From Alphaproteobacteria bacterium (GTDB lineage Bacteria > Pseudomonadota > Alphaproteobacteria > SP197): a stretch of DNA of 64,000 nt. The position numbers and the translations under genes are program-made. Position 1 is the first letter of the stretch. The number at the start of each line of letters is the position of its first letter. Under the pieces are notes generated by a model. The model made no database searches, was not told the DNA's origin, and worked only from the letters and a program-made list of their open reading frames with translations. Positions 43,941 to 52,965 of this stretch are shown here, piece by piece. The stretch covers positions 4,700 through 68,699 of the forward strand of contig CBDCRU010000002.1 in the NCBI GenBank assembly GCA_965221115.1. Reading direction: 5' to 3'.

Positions 43941-44627
43941 TCATGAGCGCAGCCAGATCGGATCCTTGACGTGTTCGAGGAGGAAGGCCTTGTGGCGGGC
44001 AATCTCTTCCTCCGTGGCCTCGTGGGGGCGGGAAGGGCGGAACGTGCGGGGAGAATCGCCGGTCGCCGCGGTGAGGAGGGAACCTTCGGGGGCGGCGAAG
44101 TCGAGGACCGACTGGCGGCCGCCCACCAGTTCGAGATAGACCTCCGCCAGCAGTCGTGCGTCGACGAGGGCACCGTGGGCATCCTGGCGCGTCGAGGCGT
44201 CAATGCGGAATCGCCTTGTCAGGGCATCGAGGCTGTTCTGTTCGCCGGGATACTTCCGCCGCGCCAGGGTCAGGGTGTCGATGGCGCGGCCGGAGTCAAT
44301 CGGACCCCGACCGCAGCGCTCGAGTTCGCTGTTGAGAAACCCCAGATCGAACTCGGCGTTGTGGATGACAAGACGGCTGTCCGCCAGGAACTCCAGGAAC
44401 TCTTCCGCCTTGTCCCGAAACGTGGGTTGTTCGGCCAGGAAGGCGGCTGTCAATCCGTGAACGGCGAGAGCCGCTTCCTCGCTGTCGCGCCCGGGATTGA
44501 GATAGGTGCTCCAGGAACGTCCCGTGGGAACGTGGTTCATGAGTTCGACACAGCCGATCTCGACGACGCGATGACCGGCCGCGTGATCGAGCCCTGTGGT
44601 CTCGGTGTCGAGGACAACTTCACGCAT
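43941..44627 (-). CDS. dnaQ: DNA polymerase III epsilon subunit (proofreading exonuclease), full length
   Basis: ExoI DTETTG, ExoII HNAEFD and ExoIII HGALVDA, plus a ~55-aa C-terminal tail. Confidence 0.9.
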   Translation of the reverse strand: MREVVLDTETTGLDHAAGHRVVEIGCVELMNHVPTGRSWSTYLNPGRDSEEAALAVHGLTAAFLAEQPTFRDKAEEFLEFLADSRLVIHNAEFDLGFLNSELERCGRGPIDSGRAIDTLTLARRKYPGEQNSLDALTRRFRIDASTRQDAHGALVDARLLAEVYLELVGGRQSVLDFAAPEGSLLTAATGDSPRTFRPSRPHEATEEEIARHKAFLLEHVKDPIWLRS

Positions 44628-45144
44628 GGCATTCCCGGTGCTTGAGGAGTGCGATGTAGACGTCGGCCAGCAGCCTGGCGTCAGACAGCGCGCGATGGGT
44701 GCGCCCGGGGACGATCTCGATGCCGAGGCGCTGTGCGAGGGCGCCTAGATCGTTGGCTTTTCCAGGGAAGGTGCTGCGCGCCATGCTGAGTGTGTCGACG
44801 GCCCTGGAGCCACGGATCGGCTCCATGCCTTCCAGTACCAGTTCGTTGTTGAGGAAAGCGAGATCGAACGCCGCATTGTGCATGACAAGGCGGCTGGAGG
44901 CGAGAAAGCCCATCAGGTCCTTCGCCCGTTCCCTGAACAGCGGCTGCTTTCTGAGGAAGGCGTCGGGCAGCCGGTGGATGTCGAAGGCTTCCGCATGGTT
45001 GCAGCGCCGGGGATTGAGGAAGGTGTTCCACGTGCGCCCGGTCACCGCCCGGTCCACGAGTTCGACACAGCCGATCTCGACGAGCCTGTGACCTTCCATG
45101 ATGTCAAGGCCGGTGGTTTCCGTATCGAGTACGATCTCGCGCAT
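44620..45144 (-). CDS. DnaQ-like 3'-5' exonuclease paralogue lacking the C-terminal tail
   Basis: DTETTG, HNAAFD and HRALSDA are all retained. 174 aa. Stop overlaps the dnaQ start by 8 nt. Confidence 0.85.
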   Translation of the reverse strand: MREIVLDTETTGLDIMEGHRLVEIGCVELVDRAVTGRTWNTFLNPRRCNHAEAFDIHRLPDAFLRKQPLFRERAKDLMGFLASSRLVMHNAAFDLAFLNNELVLEGMEPIRGSRAVDTLSMARSTFPGKANDLGALAQRLGIEIVPGRTHRALSDARLLADVYIALLKHRECHA

Positions 45145-45242
45145 GACGATCGACGGGGCAGAGGCCGCCATCGTATTCCGATGGCGCCCGGAAATCGACA
45201 CGCTCAGGGCGCGCTCATCAACAGGCACCGGTTAACCGCGTC

Positions 45243-45893
45243 CTATGGTGGCCAAATTCTCCCCTGGCGGGCCGAGAGATCGCGCCACAGGCTGATGACG
45301 CGGGCCCTGGTATGGCCCTTGGCAAGGCCGGTCATCACGACATGGTCCGCCCGGCGCAGCTTTTCCCGGTCCGGCATCTGGCGGCGGCGGATGTCCTCGA
45401 GGATCGTCCGGGTCATGCCGGGACGGCGCAGCACCCGCGCGGCCTGGATGAACGGCGGCGCATGCACCACGCAGGTGGCATCGACCCGCGATTCACCGCC
45501 GGTCTCGAAGAGAAGCGGCACATCGAACACCACGAGGCGGCGGCCAATCCGCGTGGCGCGCCTCAGGAAGCGGGCCTGGTCCTGGCGCACCAGGGGATGG
45601 ACCAGCGATTCAAGGCGGGCGAGCGCTCCTGCATCACCGATGACACAGGCGCCAAGGCGCTGACGGTCGATGCGGGCTCCCCTTCCCTCGCCGGTCACGA
45701 CACCGGGAAAGGCGCTGCCGACAGGCCCGACAGCGGCGCCGCCTGGGCCGTAGAGCCGGTGCACACACAGATCGGCATCGTGGATGAAGGCGCCACAGCG
45801 GGCGAACATGCCGGCAACGGCGGACTTTCCCATGCCGATCGAACCTGTCAGGCCGAGCACGAACACGTTCCTGATCCCCGATCCCGTCACCAT
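45243..45893 (-). CDS. coaE: Dephospho-CoA kinase
   Basis: LGLTGSIGMGKS P-loop. Position upstream of dnaQ. ATG 45893 (45917 is the alternative). Confidence 0.85.
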   Translation of the reverse strand: MVTGSGIRNVFVLGLTGSIGMGKSAVAGMFARCGAFIHDADLCVHRLYGPGGAAVGPVGSAFPGVVTGEGRGARIDRQRLGACVIGDAGALARLESLVHPLVRQDQARFLRRATRIGRRLVVFDVPLLFETGGESRVDATCVVHAPPFIQAARVLRRPGMTRTILEDIRRRQMPDREKLRRADHVVMTGLAKGHTRARVISLWRDLSARQGRIWPP

Positions 45894-46023
45894 CCGAGCC
45901 TGCAGGATTCGGGGCATGGCAACAAGTCCGGATGACACATCATCGGGCCGTTCGGCCCGGACAGGCGAAGGCCGAAATCGGGAACCGGGCGGAGCGGCCT
46001 GCTGTCTCCGCCAACATATGTCA

Positions 46024-46050
46024 TGACAATGTATTGACAATGCTCTGTCA
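46024..46050. promoter_or_regulatory. Three 11-bp-phased half-sites (TGACA, TGACA, TGTCA) upstream of the RHH gene
   Basis: TGACAATG at 46024 and 46035, and inverted TGTCA at 46046. TTGACA at 46034..46039 could double as a -35. Confidence 0.4.
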
Positions 46051-46060
46051 CAGGTCCAGG

Positions 46061-46561
46061 ATGCGCGCCATGGCGAAGACCGAGCAGCTTCAAATCCGCG
46101 TCAGTCCTGCGGAGAAATCGCTGATCCGCACCCGGGCCATCCAGGCGGGCATGGGTATGTCTGACTGGGTGCTGCTTCAGCTGTTTCCACCCGTCGATGT
46201 GCGGTTCCGGGAATGCGTGGAGGCGCTGGCAGAGGACCCCGACAGGAGATCTTTCACCCTTGCCGCACTTCATGACCTCTTGGCCGGCCTCAGTGGACGG
46301 CAGATCACGCATGGCCTTCGCAATCCGCCGGGAGTCAGCCTGCCACCCTTCGAGGCAAATTACGTGGCGGCGATGATCGAGTTTGCAGCCATGACACAAG
46401 GCGTGCCGTCCCCGGAGTGGACGGGGCGTGTTCCCCCACTGGATCGGCCCTGGTTCGGCACGGATCTTGTGAGCTTGCGGTTGCATCTCCTGACACAATC
46501 GCCGGCAGTGTTCCGGCGCCGAAACATCTTCATCGATACGTCCGTCGGAGGGCGCGTCTGA
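46061..46561 (+). CDS. RHH-domain protein with uncharacterised C-terminal domain (antitoxin-like)
   Basis: EQLQIRVSPAEKSLIRTRAIQAGMGMSDWVL resembles RHH antitoxin/MobC N-termini. Stop overlaps the next ATG (TGATG). Start at 46061 or 46070. Confidence 0.6.
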   Translation: MRAMAKTEQLQIRVSPAEKSLIRTRAIQAGMGMSDWVLLQLFPPVDVRFRECVEALAEDPDRRSFTLAALHDLLAGLSGRQITHGLRNPPGVSLPPFEANYVAAMIEFAAMTQGVPSPEWTGRVPPLDRPWFGTDLVSLRLHLLTQSPAVFRRRNIFIDTSVGGRV

Positions 46562-47112
46562 TGGAGGAGCTTTCCAAAGGGGATATCCGGTGTCTCTTTG
46601 ACCGGCTGAATGCCGAACTCGCACGCACCGGCATCGTCGGAGAGGTCTACCTGGTCGGCGGCGCGGTCATGTGTCTCGTCTTCGATGCGCGTCCGACGAC
46701 GAAGGATGTGGGCGCCTTCTTTCACCCGGCAAGTGAGGTGAGGGAGGCAGCGCGGCGTATCAACTTCGGGACCGACTGGCTCAACGACGCAGTCAAGGAA
46801 TACTTGAGCGAACGGGGAGAATTCCACCCTTGCCTGGAGTTGCCGAACCTGAGGGTCCTCACGGCAGTTCCGGAATACCTTCTGGCCATGAAGTGCATGG
46901 CCATGCGCATAGGAAGCGAATTCCACGACATCGACGATGTGCGCTTTCTCCTGCGTTACCTCAACCTCACGGACGTTGACGCCGCACTTGACATCATCGA
47001 CCGCTACTACCCCGTCGAACGGATACCGCAGAAGACGATCTATGCGCTCGATGACTTGTTCGCCATGGACACACCCGGGGGCCGGAACCAGCTGCGGGTA
47101 CCCTCCGGCTGA
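46561..47112 (+). CDS. Nucleotidyltransferase-fold protein (DUF6036-like), toxin-like partner
   Basis: GEVYLVGGAVMCLVFDARPTTKDVGAFF ... WLNDAVKEY ... PEYLLAMKCMAMR ... DIDDVRFL. Family assignment is from memory only. Confidence 0.55.
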   Translation: MEELSKGDIRCLFDRLNAELARTGIVGEVYLVGGAVMCLVFDARPTTKDVGAFFHPASEVREAARRINFGTDWLNDAVKEYLSERGEFHPCLELPNLRVLTAVPEYLLAMKCMAMRIGSEFHDIDDVRFLLRYLNLTDVDAALDIIDRYYPVERIPQKTIYALDDLFAMDTPGGRNQLRVPSG

Positions 47113-47270
47113 CTGGCGCTTCCTCGGGCCTGGGACTTTCGAGCCACCTCGCGGCGTGGTGTGTGTCAGCTGAGAAAACCTGAACCCTCCTGGCAAATCC
47201 GGATGATCGCAGGTACCCGCGGGACGCCCTGGAGAGGAAGCCCCCGCAACGTCCTATGGGAATGGCCGCA

Positions 47271-48110
47271 TCACAGTCCCTGTGACACGACGGAGCGAAG
47301 GGCTTCTGTCACCGGCGGATCGACGCCGAACCATGCGGCAAATCCGGGCCGCGCCTGGTGGAGCAGCATGCCGAGGCCATCGACCGTGACATGCCCGCGC
47401 TGGCGGGCGCGGTGCAGGAGATCCGTGACGAGCGGCGCGTAGACGAGATCACAGACCACCGCCTCGCCGTCCAGGCAGTCGAGTGCGAAATCGAGCGCCG
47501 GTTGTCCGGTCATGCCGAGCTGGGTGGTGTTGACCACCAGGCCAACGCCGTCGGCAGCCGCGGCCCGATCCTCCCAGGGCACAGCCGTCACCGAAGGCCC
47601 GAACCGCTCGCCGAGCGCCGTGGCGCGCTCAAGGGTCCGGTTGGCAACGCGCACTCCCCGGGCGCCTGCATCGAGGAGGGCGACGACGACGGCGCGAGCC
47701 GACCCACCGGCTCCCAGCACCAGGACCGGCCGGTCCGCCCGCCACCCGGGGGCCCGGCTCTTCAGGTTCTCGAGGAACCCGAAGGCATCCGTGTTGGTCG
47801 CCGCGAGAGAGCCGTCATCGCCGATGACAATCGTGTTGGCAGCGCCGATCCGCCGGCTGAGATCGTCGACGCTGTCGGCGAGTGCCAGGGCCTTCTCCTT
47901 GTGCGGCAACGTCACGTTGCAGCCCCTGAAGCCGAGAAACGGCAAGGCCCGGAAGGCGGCCTCGAAACGGTGCGGCGGCACGGCAAGGGGCACGTAGACG
48001 CCGTCGATACCAAGAGATTCGAGCCAATGGCCATGAAGCAGGGGGGATCGTGAATGGGCCACCGGCCAGCCCATGACTCCGGCGACACGTGCACTTCCGG
48101 TCAGTCCCAC
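47271..48110 (-). CDS. aroE: Shikimate dehydrogenase
   Basis: GWPVAHSRSPLLHG, FRGCNVTLPHK, NTD and LVLGAGGSARAV motifs. GTG 48110. Confidence 0.9.
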   Translation of the reverse strand: MGLTGSARVAGVMGWPVAHSRSPLLHGHWLESLGIDGVYVPLAVPPHRFEAAFRALPFLGFRGCNVTLPHKEKALALADSVDDLSRRIGAANTIVIGDDGSLAATNTDAFGFLENLKSRAPGWRADRPVLVLGAGGSARAVVVALLDAGARGVRVANRTLERATALGERFGPSVTAVPWEDRAAAADGVGLVVNTTQLGMTGQPALDFALDCLDGEAVVCDLVYAPLVTDLLHRARQRGHVTVDGLGMLLHQARPGFAAWFGVDPPVTEALRSVVSQGL

Positions 48111-48739
48111 GGGTCGAGCGCTCCCCTCGCCGTCAGTTCGTTGAGAACGGCGACGAGCGGCAGCCCGATGATGGCATGCCAATCGCCCTCTATCCGTTCG
48201 AACAGCCTGATCCCGCGCCCCTCGACCTGGTAGCAGCCAACGCTTGCGAGAATGCGCTCTCCGGCAGCGGCGATATAGGCCGTCAGCGAGTCGTCATCAA
48301 GGGAGCGCATCGTCAGCATGGACGTCTCCGTGTGATGCCAGCCCGGTTCGCCGTCGGCCACCAGTACGGTGGCGGTCACGAGCCTGTGGGTGCGGCCCTG
48401 GAGGACCTCGAGATGCCGGCGGGCCTCGGCCATGTCCTTTGCCTTGTCGAGGCGGCGCCCGTCGCATTCGAGCATCTGGTCAGCTCCGAGAACAAGGGAA
48501 CCGGGCTCCTCCCGGCTGACGGAAAGAGCCTTCTCGCGTGCCAGGACCAGGGCCATGTCAGCAAGCGGCATGGCGCGGGCTTCGAGCCCCTGGCGCAGCG
48601 CGGGCTCGTCGACGGAAGGCGGCACGACCCGGAAGCGCACGCCTGCGTCGTGCAGCAGTTGCCGTCTCCCCGCACTCGCGGAAGCCAGCACCAGGGGCGC
48701 CGTCTCAGGTGGCAAGGGTCGGCCGGCGGTGGTGGACAT
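48101..48739 (-). CDS. maf: Maf-like nucleotide pyrophosphatase
   Basis: LVLASASAGRRQLL start and CYQVEGRGIRLFERIEGDWHAIIGLPL end. ATG 48739. Confidence 0.85.
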   Translation of the reverse strand: MSTTAGRPLPPETAPLVLASASAGRRQLLHDAGVRFRVVPPSVDEPALRQGLEARAMPLADMALVLAREKALSVSREEPGSLVLGADQMLECDGRRLDKAKDMAEARRHLEVLQGRTHRLVTATVLVADGEPGWHHTETSMLTMRSLDDDSLTAYIAAAGERILASVGCYQVEGRGIRLFERIEGDWHAIIGLPLVAVLNELTARGALDPWD

Positions 48740-50363
48740 CGAACAGGCATTCCAGGGATTGACCGACATGAAGAAGGTGTGATTCGCGGAAGAGCCCGGC
48801 CCACAGCGAAAGACCGCGGGGCACGGTGAAAGTGCGTTCCGATGACGTCGCATGGCCGAGTTCGAGCCGCCCTTCGGCCAGCGAAAGCTCCGAGCGGGTC
48901 GCCAGATCCTCGAAACCGCACCTCAAGTGCAGACAGGGATGGCCGGTGAAGTTGCTCGCCACCAGCATCGGACCGGTGGAGAACGGACCGACGAGGACGT
49001 CGACCTCCGTGAACAGCCCGTCGAGTGCCTCCATCACCAGGCGGCGCAGACGGTCGAACTGCACGTGATCCACCGCCGACAGGAATCGTGCCTTGCGGAA
49101 GGCATTCGGCCAGGCCCCCTCGTCCTGGCGCGTCAGGGTGTCATCGATGTTATCGAGCGTGAGGTTCTCGAAAGCCGCAGCGGCTTCCGCATAGAGCACC
49201 GCAATCAGGGTGTCGTAGGGAAGGTCAGGCAGGTTCACCTCGCGAATCGAGGGGAAGAGCGAGCGCACGGCCTCCAGCGCCTGGCGGTCGACATTCGTCA
49301 CGTCGTCGTCCTCGTAGGCTTCCGGCAACCAGCCAAGACGCAAACCCTCCGGAGGCCGTGTCGCATCGTGGTTGAACGGCATGTCGATGGAGCCCGGATC
49401 CGACGCATCGCCGCCGTTGATGGCTGCCAGGACGAAGCCGGTGTCCTCGACCGTGCGGCAGATCGGCCCCACCTTGTCGAGGGACCAGCAGAGCGCCATC
49501 CCGCCGGTGCGCGACACGCGCCCGAAGGTGGGTCTCAGCCCCGTCGTTCCGCAGCGTTCCGAGGGCGAGGTGATGGAGCCCAGGGTCTCCGTGCCGATTG
49601 AAAAGGCGCACAGTCCGGCCGCGGTCGCCGCTGCCGAACCGGCACTCGATCCGCTCGCTCCCTCGTTGAGGTTCCAGGGATTGCGGGTCTTGCCGCCGAA
49701 CCAGATGTCGCCATAGGCGAGGGCGCCGACGGTCGACTTGCCGAGCAGAACGGCGCCAGCCTGGCGCAGTCTCGTCACCACTGCGGCATCGCCGTCCGCG
49801 ATCCGTTCCTGGAAAGGCTCGGCTCCCCAGGTCGTCCGGGTCTCCCGCGCATCGAAGAGATCCTTCAGCGCATAGGGAATGCCGTGAAGCGGCCCCTGCC
49901 AGTGGCCGGCACGCGTCATGGCATCCATGGCATCGGCCTCGGCGAGTGCCCTCTCGCCCGTGACCGTGACGAAACACTCGAGGCGTCCGGCCAGACGCTC
50001 GATCCGGTCAAGACAGATTCCGACAAGCCGACGGCTGGTGAGGGCGCCCGACCGGATCCACCCTGAGAGCGTGTGAACCGGGGCAAAGGCGATGTCCTCG
50101 TCCGATTCGGGAAGCGGTTGCACATCGCGGTTCCGCCAGACGGGGGGAGGCCCGGGCGGCGGCGCCCGGAATCCTGGCAACCGCGGATCGAACCGGGTGG
50201 CGGGTCCGAGATCGTTGGCAAAGACGAGCGCCCTGCGTCTTCTGGCGTTCTCGATCTGCGGCGCGAGGTTGTCGCGCATCAGCGCGCGTTCCGACTCGCT
50301 GTAGTCCACGCCGAGCACGGCCTCGGCCGCGGCGATGATATCGTTGCTGATGCCGCTCATCAT
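48705..50363 (-). CDS. Amidase-signature family hydrolase
   Basis: GASGSSAGSAAATAAGL signature, plus GIPYALKDLF. ATG 50363 overlaps the ABC ATPase stop. Confidence 0.85.
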   Translation of the reverse strand: MMSGISNDIIAAAEAVLGVDYSESERALMRDNLAPQIENARRRRALVFANDLGPATRFDPRLPGFRAPPPGPPPVWRNRDVQPLPESDEDIAFAPVHTLSGWIRSGALTSRRLVGICLDRIERLAGRLECFVTVTGERALAEADAMDAMTRAGHWQGPLHGIPYALKDLFDARETRTTWGAEPFQERIADGDAAVVTRLRQAGAVLLGKSTVGALAYGDIWFGGKTRNPWNLNEGASGSSAGSAAATAAGLCAFSIGTETLGSITSPSERCGTTGLRPTFGRVSRTGGMALCWSLDKVGPICRTVEDTGFVLAAINGGDASDPGSIDMPFNHDATRPPEGLRLGWLPEAYEDDDVTNVDRQALEAVRSLFPSIREVNLPDLPYDTLIAVLYAEAAAAFENLTLDNIDDTLTRQDEGAWPNAFRKARFLSAVDHVQFDRLRRLVMEALDGLFTEVDVLVGPFSTGPMLVASNFTGHPCLHLRCGFEDLATRSELSLAEGRLELGHATSSERTFTVPRGLSLWAGLFRESHLLHVGQSLECLFDVHHRRPTLAT

Positions 50364-51166
50364 GGCCTCGCTACCGGTTGCATCTTCGTCCCCGAAACCT
50401 CGGGCGCCGAATCGATCAGCGTGCGGGTGTACGGCGACACCGGTTTGCCGATCACGGTCGCTGTCGCGCCCCTTTCGACCACTTCTCCCGACTTCATGAC
50501 GAGGAGATGGTCGCACATGAAGCCGACGACCGGGAGATCGTGGGTCACGAGAATGAGGGAAAAGCCGTAGCGCCGGCGAAGATCCTTGAAGAGGTTCAGG
50601 ACCTGTGCCTGGACCGACACGTCGAGAGCGGACGTCGGCTCATCGAGGAGCAGAAGATCCGGCCTGACGGCCAGCGCCCGGGCGATGGCGGCACGCTGCC
50701 GCTGGCCTCCGGAGAGTTCGTGCGGCAGGGCCCGCTCGAGATCGGGATCGAGACCGACATCGTCGAGAAGCCGCCTCACCTCCTCCCGGATGTCCTGACG
50801 CCGGTGCTCTCCCAGGAGTTCGAAACCCAAGCCGATCGACGAGCCGATGGAGAACCGCGGATTGAACGTCGCATAGGGATCCTGGAAGACCGGCTGGACA
50901 CGCCGCCGCAGATCCTTCAGGGCGGTGCCGGAGAGCGAGGCGACCTCGGCACCGTCGAACGCGACACTCCCCGAATCATAGGGCGTGAGGCGCAGGATGA
51001 CGCGCAACAGCGTCGACTTGCCGGACCCCGATTCGCCGACGATGCCCAGGGTCTGGTTTTCCGCCAGGCTGAAGGAGACATCGTTCAGGGCCCGCACGTC
51101 GCCGCCCCGGCGCAGCAGGCCGCGGCCACGGAAGGTCCTGGAGAGATTCTCCGCGACGAGAAGCAT
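50360..51166 (-). CDS. ABC transporter ATP-binding protein (DppF/OppF-like)
   Basis: Walker A GESGSGKST, signature LSGGQRQR and Walker B LLLLDEP. Confidence 0.9.
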   Translation of the reverse strand: MLLVAENLSRTFRGRGLLRRGGDVRALNDVSFSLAENQTLGIVGESGSGKSTLLRVILRLTPYDSGSVAFDGAEVASLSGTALKDLRRRVQPVFQDPYATFNPRFSIGSSIGLGFELLGEHRRQDIREEVRRLLDDVGLDPDLERALPHELSGGQRQRAAIARALAVRPDLLLLDEPTSALDVSVQAQVLNLFKDLRRRYGFSLILVTHDLPVVGFMCDHLLVMKSGEVVERGATATVIGKPVSPYTRTLIDSAPEVSGTKMQPVARP

Positions 51167-51170
51167 CGCC

Positions 51171-52145
51171 TCAGGCGTACCAGCAGCGAAACGCGTGATC
51201 AGCGCCCGCCGTCTCGAGGCGCGGTGCCTCCCCGCACGCGGCACCGGCCTCGGGGCACCTCTCGCGGAACCGGCATCCGAGGATTTCCTCGTGGGGCCGG
51301 GGGATTCTTCCCGGGATCGTCGGCAGCCTCTCCGGATTGCCGGCAAGGCGCGGTGCGGCGCCGATGAGCGCCCGCGTATAGGGATGGCGAGTGTGACTGA
51401 AGATGGCGTCCGTCGTCCCGCTCTCGACGATCTCCCCGGCATACATGACGTAGATCCTGTCGCAGAAACTGGAGACCAGCGCCAGATCGTGGGAGATGAA
51501 GAGAAAACTGGCCCCCGTGGCATCCCGCAACTCGCCGATGAGATCGATGATCTCCGCCTGGATGGTGACATCGAGCGCCGTTGTCGGTTCGTCTGCAAGA
51601 ATGAGCGGCGGCTCCATCGAAAGCGCCATGGCCGTCAGGGCCCTCTGCTGCATGCCGCCGGAGAACTGGTGCGGGTAATCGGCGGCACGGCGCCTCGCAT
51701 CGGGAATGTGCACGCGCTCAAGAAGATCCCCGACAACGGTTGCGATGCGCCGCTGGCGCAATCTGCCATGCACCTTCAGCGGCTCGCCAACCTGCCAGCC
51801 GATCGTCTTCACCGGATTGAGCGCATGGAGGGCATCCTGGGGAATGAGGGCGATGTCCCGGCCGCGCACACGTCCCGGGTCCCCGCCTTCGAGAAGGTCG
51901 CGCCCGCGGAACCGGACGCGGCCGGAGACCACTTCCATGCGATCGGGAAGCAGACCGATCAGCGACTTGGCGGTCATGGTCTTGCCGCTGCCCGATTCGC
52001 CGATGAGGCCAACGATCTCGCCGGCATTCACGTGGAGCGACACGTCGCGGGCGATGGCCGCCGGTGGCCGGCGGCGGTGCCGGAGCACGATGGTGAGGCC
52101 TTCGACCTCGAGAAGGCGATCGTCTGCCTGGCCGGATTCAGTCAT
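51171..52145 (-). CDS. ABC transporter ATP-binding protein (DppD/OppD-like)
   Basis: GESGSGKT, FSGGMQQR and ILADEPTTALD. C-terminal oligopeptide-type extension. Confidence 0.9.
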   Translation of the reverse strand: MTESGQADDRLLEVEGLTIVLRHRRRPPAAIARDVSLHVNAGEIVGLIGESGSGKTMTAKSLIGLLPDRMEVVSGRVRFRGRDLLEGGDPGRVRGRDIALIPQDALHALNPVKTIGWQVGEPLKVHGRLRQRRIATVVGDLLERVHIPDARRRAADYPHQFSGGMQQRALTAMALSMEPPLILADEPTTALDVTIQAEIIDLIGELRDATGASFLFISHDLALVSSFCDRIYVMYAGEIVESGTTDAIFSHTRHPYTRALIGAAPRLAGNPERLPTIPGRIPRPHEEILGCRFRERCPEAGAACGEAPRLETAGADHAFRCWYA

Positions 52146-52965
52146 GGAGTTTCGGGTCGAGCACGTCGCGCAACCCGTCTCCCAGGAGATTGAAACTGAA
52201 CACCGTGACGAAGAGCGCGGCGCCGGGCGCCAGGCTGATCCACGGCGCCTGGTCGATGAATCCGCGACCGGTGTTGATCATGTTGCCCCATGACGGCTCC
52301 GGAGGCTGGGCGCCCAGACCGAGAAACGACAGCGCCGATTCGAGAAGCACGGCATAGGAGAAGGCGACGGCGGCCTCGACCAGAACCGGGCCGATGACAT
52401 TGGGCAGGATTTCGCGGGTGATGAGGCGCACCGGCCCCATCCCGAGGCAGATCGCCGCCTCGAGGAAGGACTGGCGCTGCACCGTCTGGGCCACGGCCCG
52501 GGTCAGCCGCGCGAAGCCGGGGATGAAGATGATGCCGATGGCGAGCATCGCGTTGAGGACAGACGTCCCCAGGTTGGCCATGAGGATGACGGCCAGGAGG
52601 ATCGCCGGAAAGCAGAAGACAATCTCCATGAAGCGCATCAGGACGGAGTCGACAGCACCGCCGAAGTGGGCCGCGAGAACCCCGATGAGGGTGCCGCCGG
52701 TAGCGCCGATGGCGACAGCGACAAGACCGACGACGATGGAAACACGCGAAGCGTGAATGACCCGCGACAGGATGTCGCGTCCCAGTTCGTCTGTGCCCAG
52801 GAGATGGTCTGCTCCGGGACCGTGCAGCATCATGAGAACATCGAGTTCGAAGGGATCGTAAGGGGCGATGACGGGGGCAAGGGCGGCTGCCAGGAACACG
52901 ATCGCCACCACCGGCAGGGTCACGGCGACGAGACCGTAGCGCCGCCAGTTCAGCCGCCGGATCAT
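52138..52965 (-). CDS. ABC transporter permease (DppC-like)
   Basis: HLLGTDELGRDILSRV motif and six TM helices. Overlaps its neighbours. Confidence 0.9.
   Translation of the reverse strand: MIRRLNWRRYGLVAVTLPVVAIVFLAAALAPVIAPYDPFELDVLMMLHGPGADHLLGTDELGRDILSRVIHASRVSIVVGLVAVAIGATGGTLIGVLAAHFGGAVDSVLMRFMEIVFCFPAILLAVILMANLGTSVLNAMLAIGIIFIPGFARLTRAVAQTVQRQSFLEAAICLGMGPVRLITREILPNVIGPVLVEAAVAFSYAVLLESALSFLGLGAQPPEPSWGNMINTGRGFIDQAPWISLAPGAALFVTVFSFNLLGDGLRDVLDPKLHD

Noticed and set aside
48705-48739. 35-nt overlap between the amidase gene end and the maf start, considered as a possible recoding or fusion site
   Set aside because: It is most likely just start-codon uncertainty for maf. A TTG at 48715 would cut the overlap to 11 nt. 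No slippery sequence was noticed.
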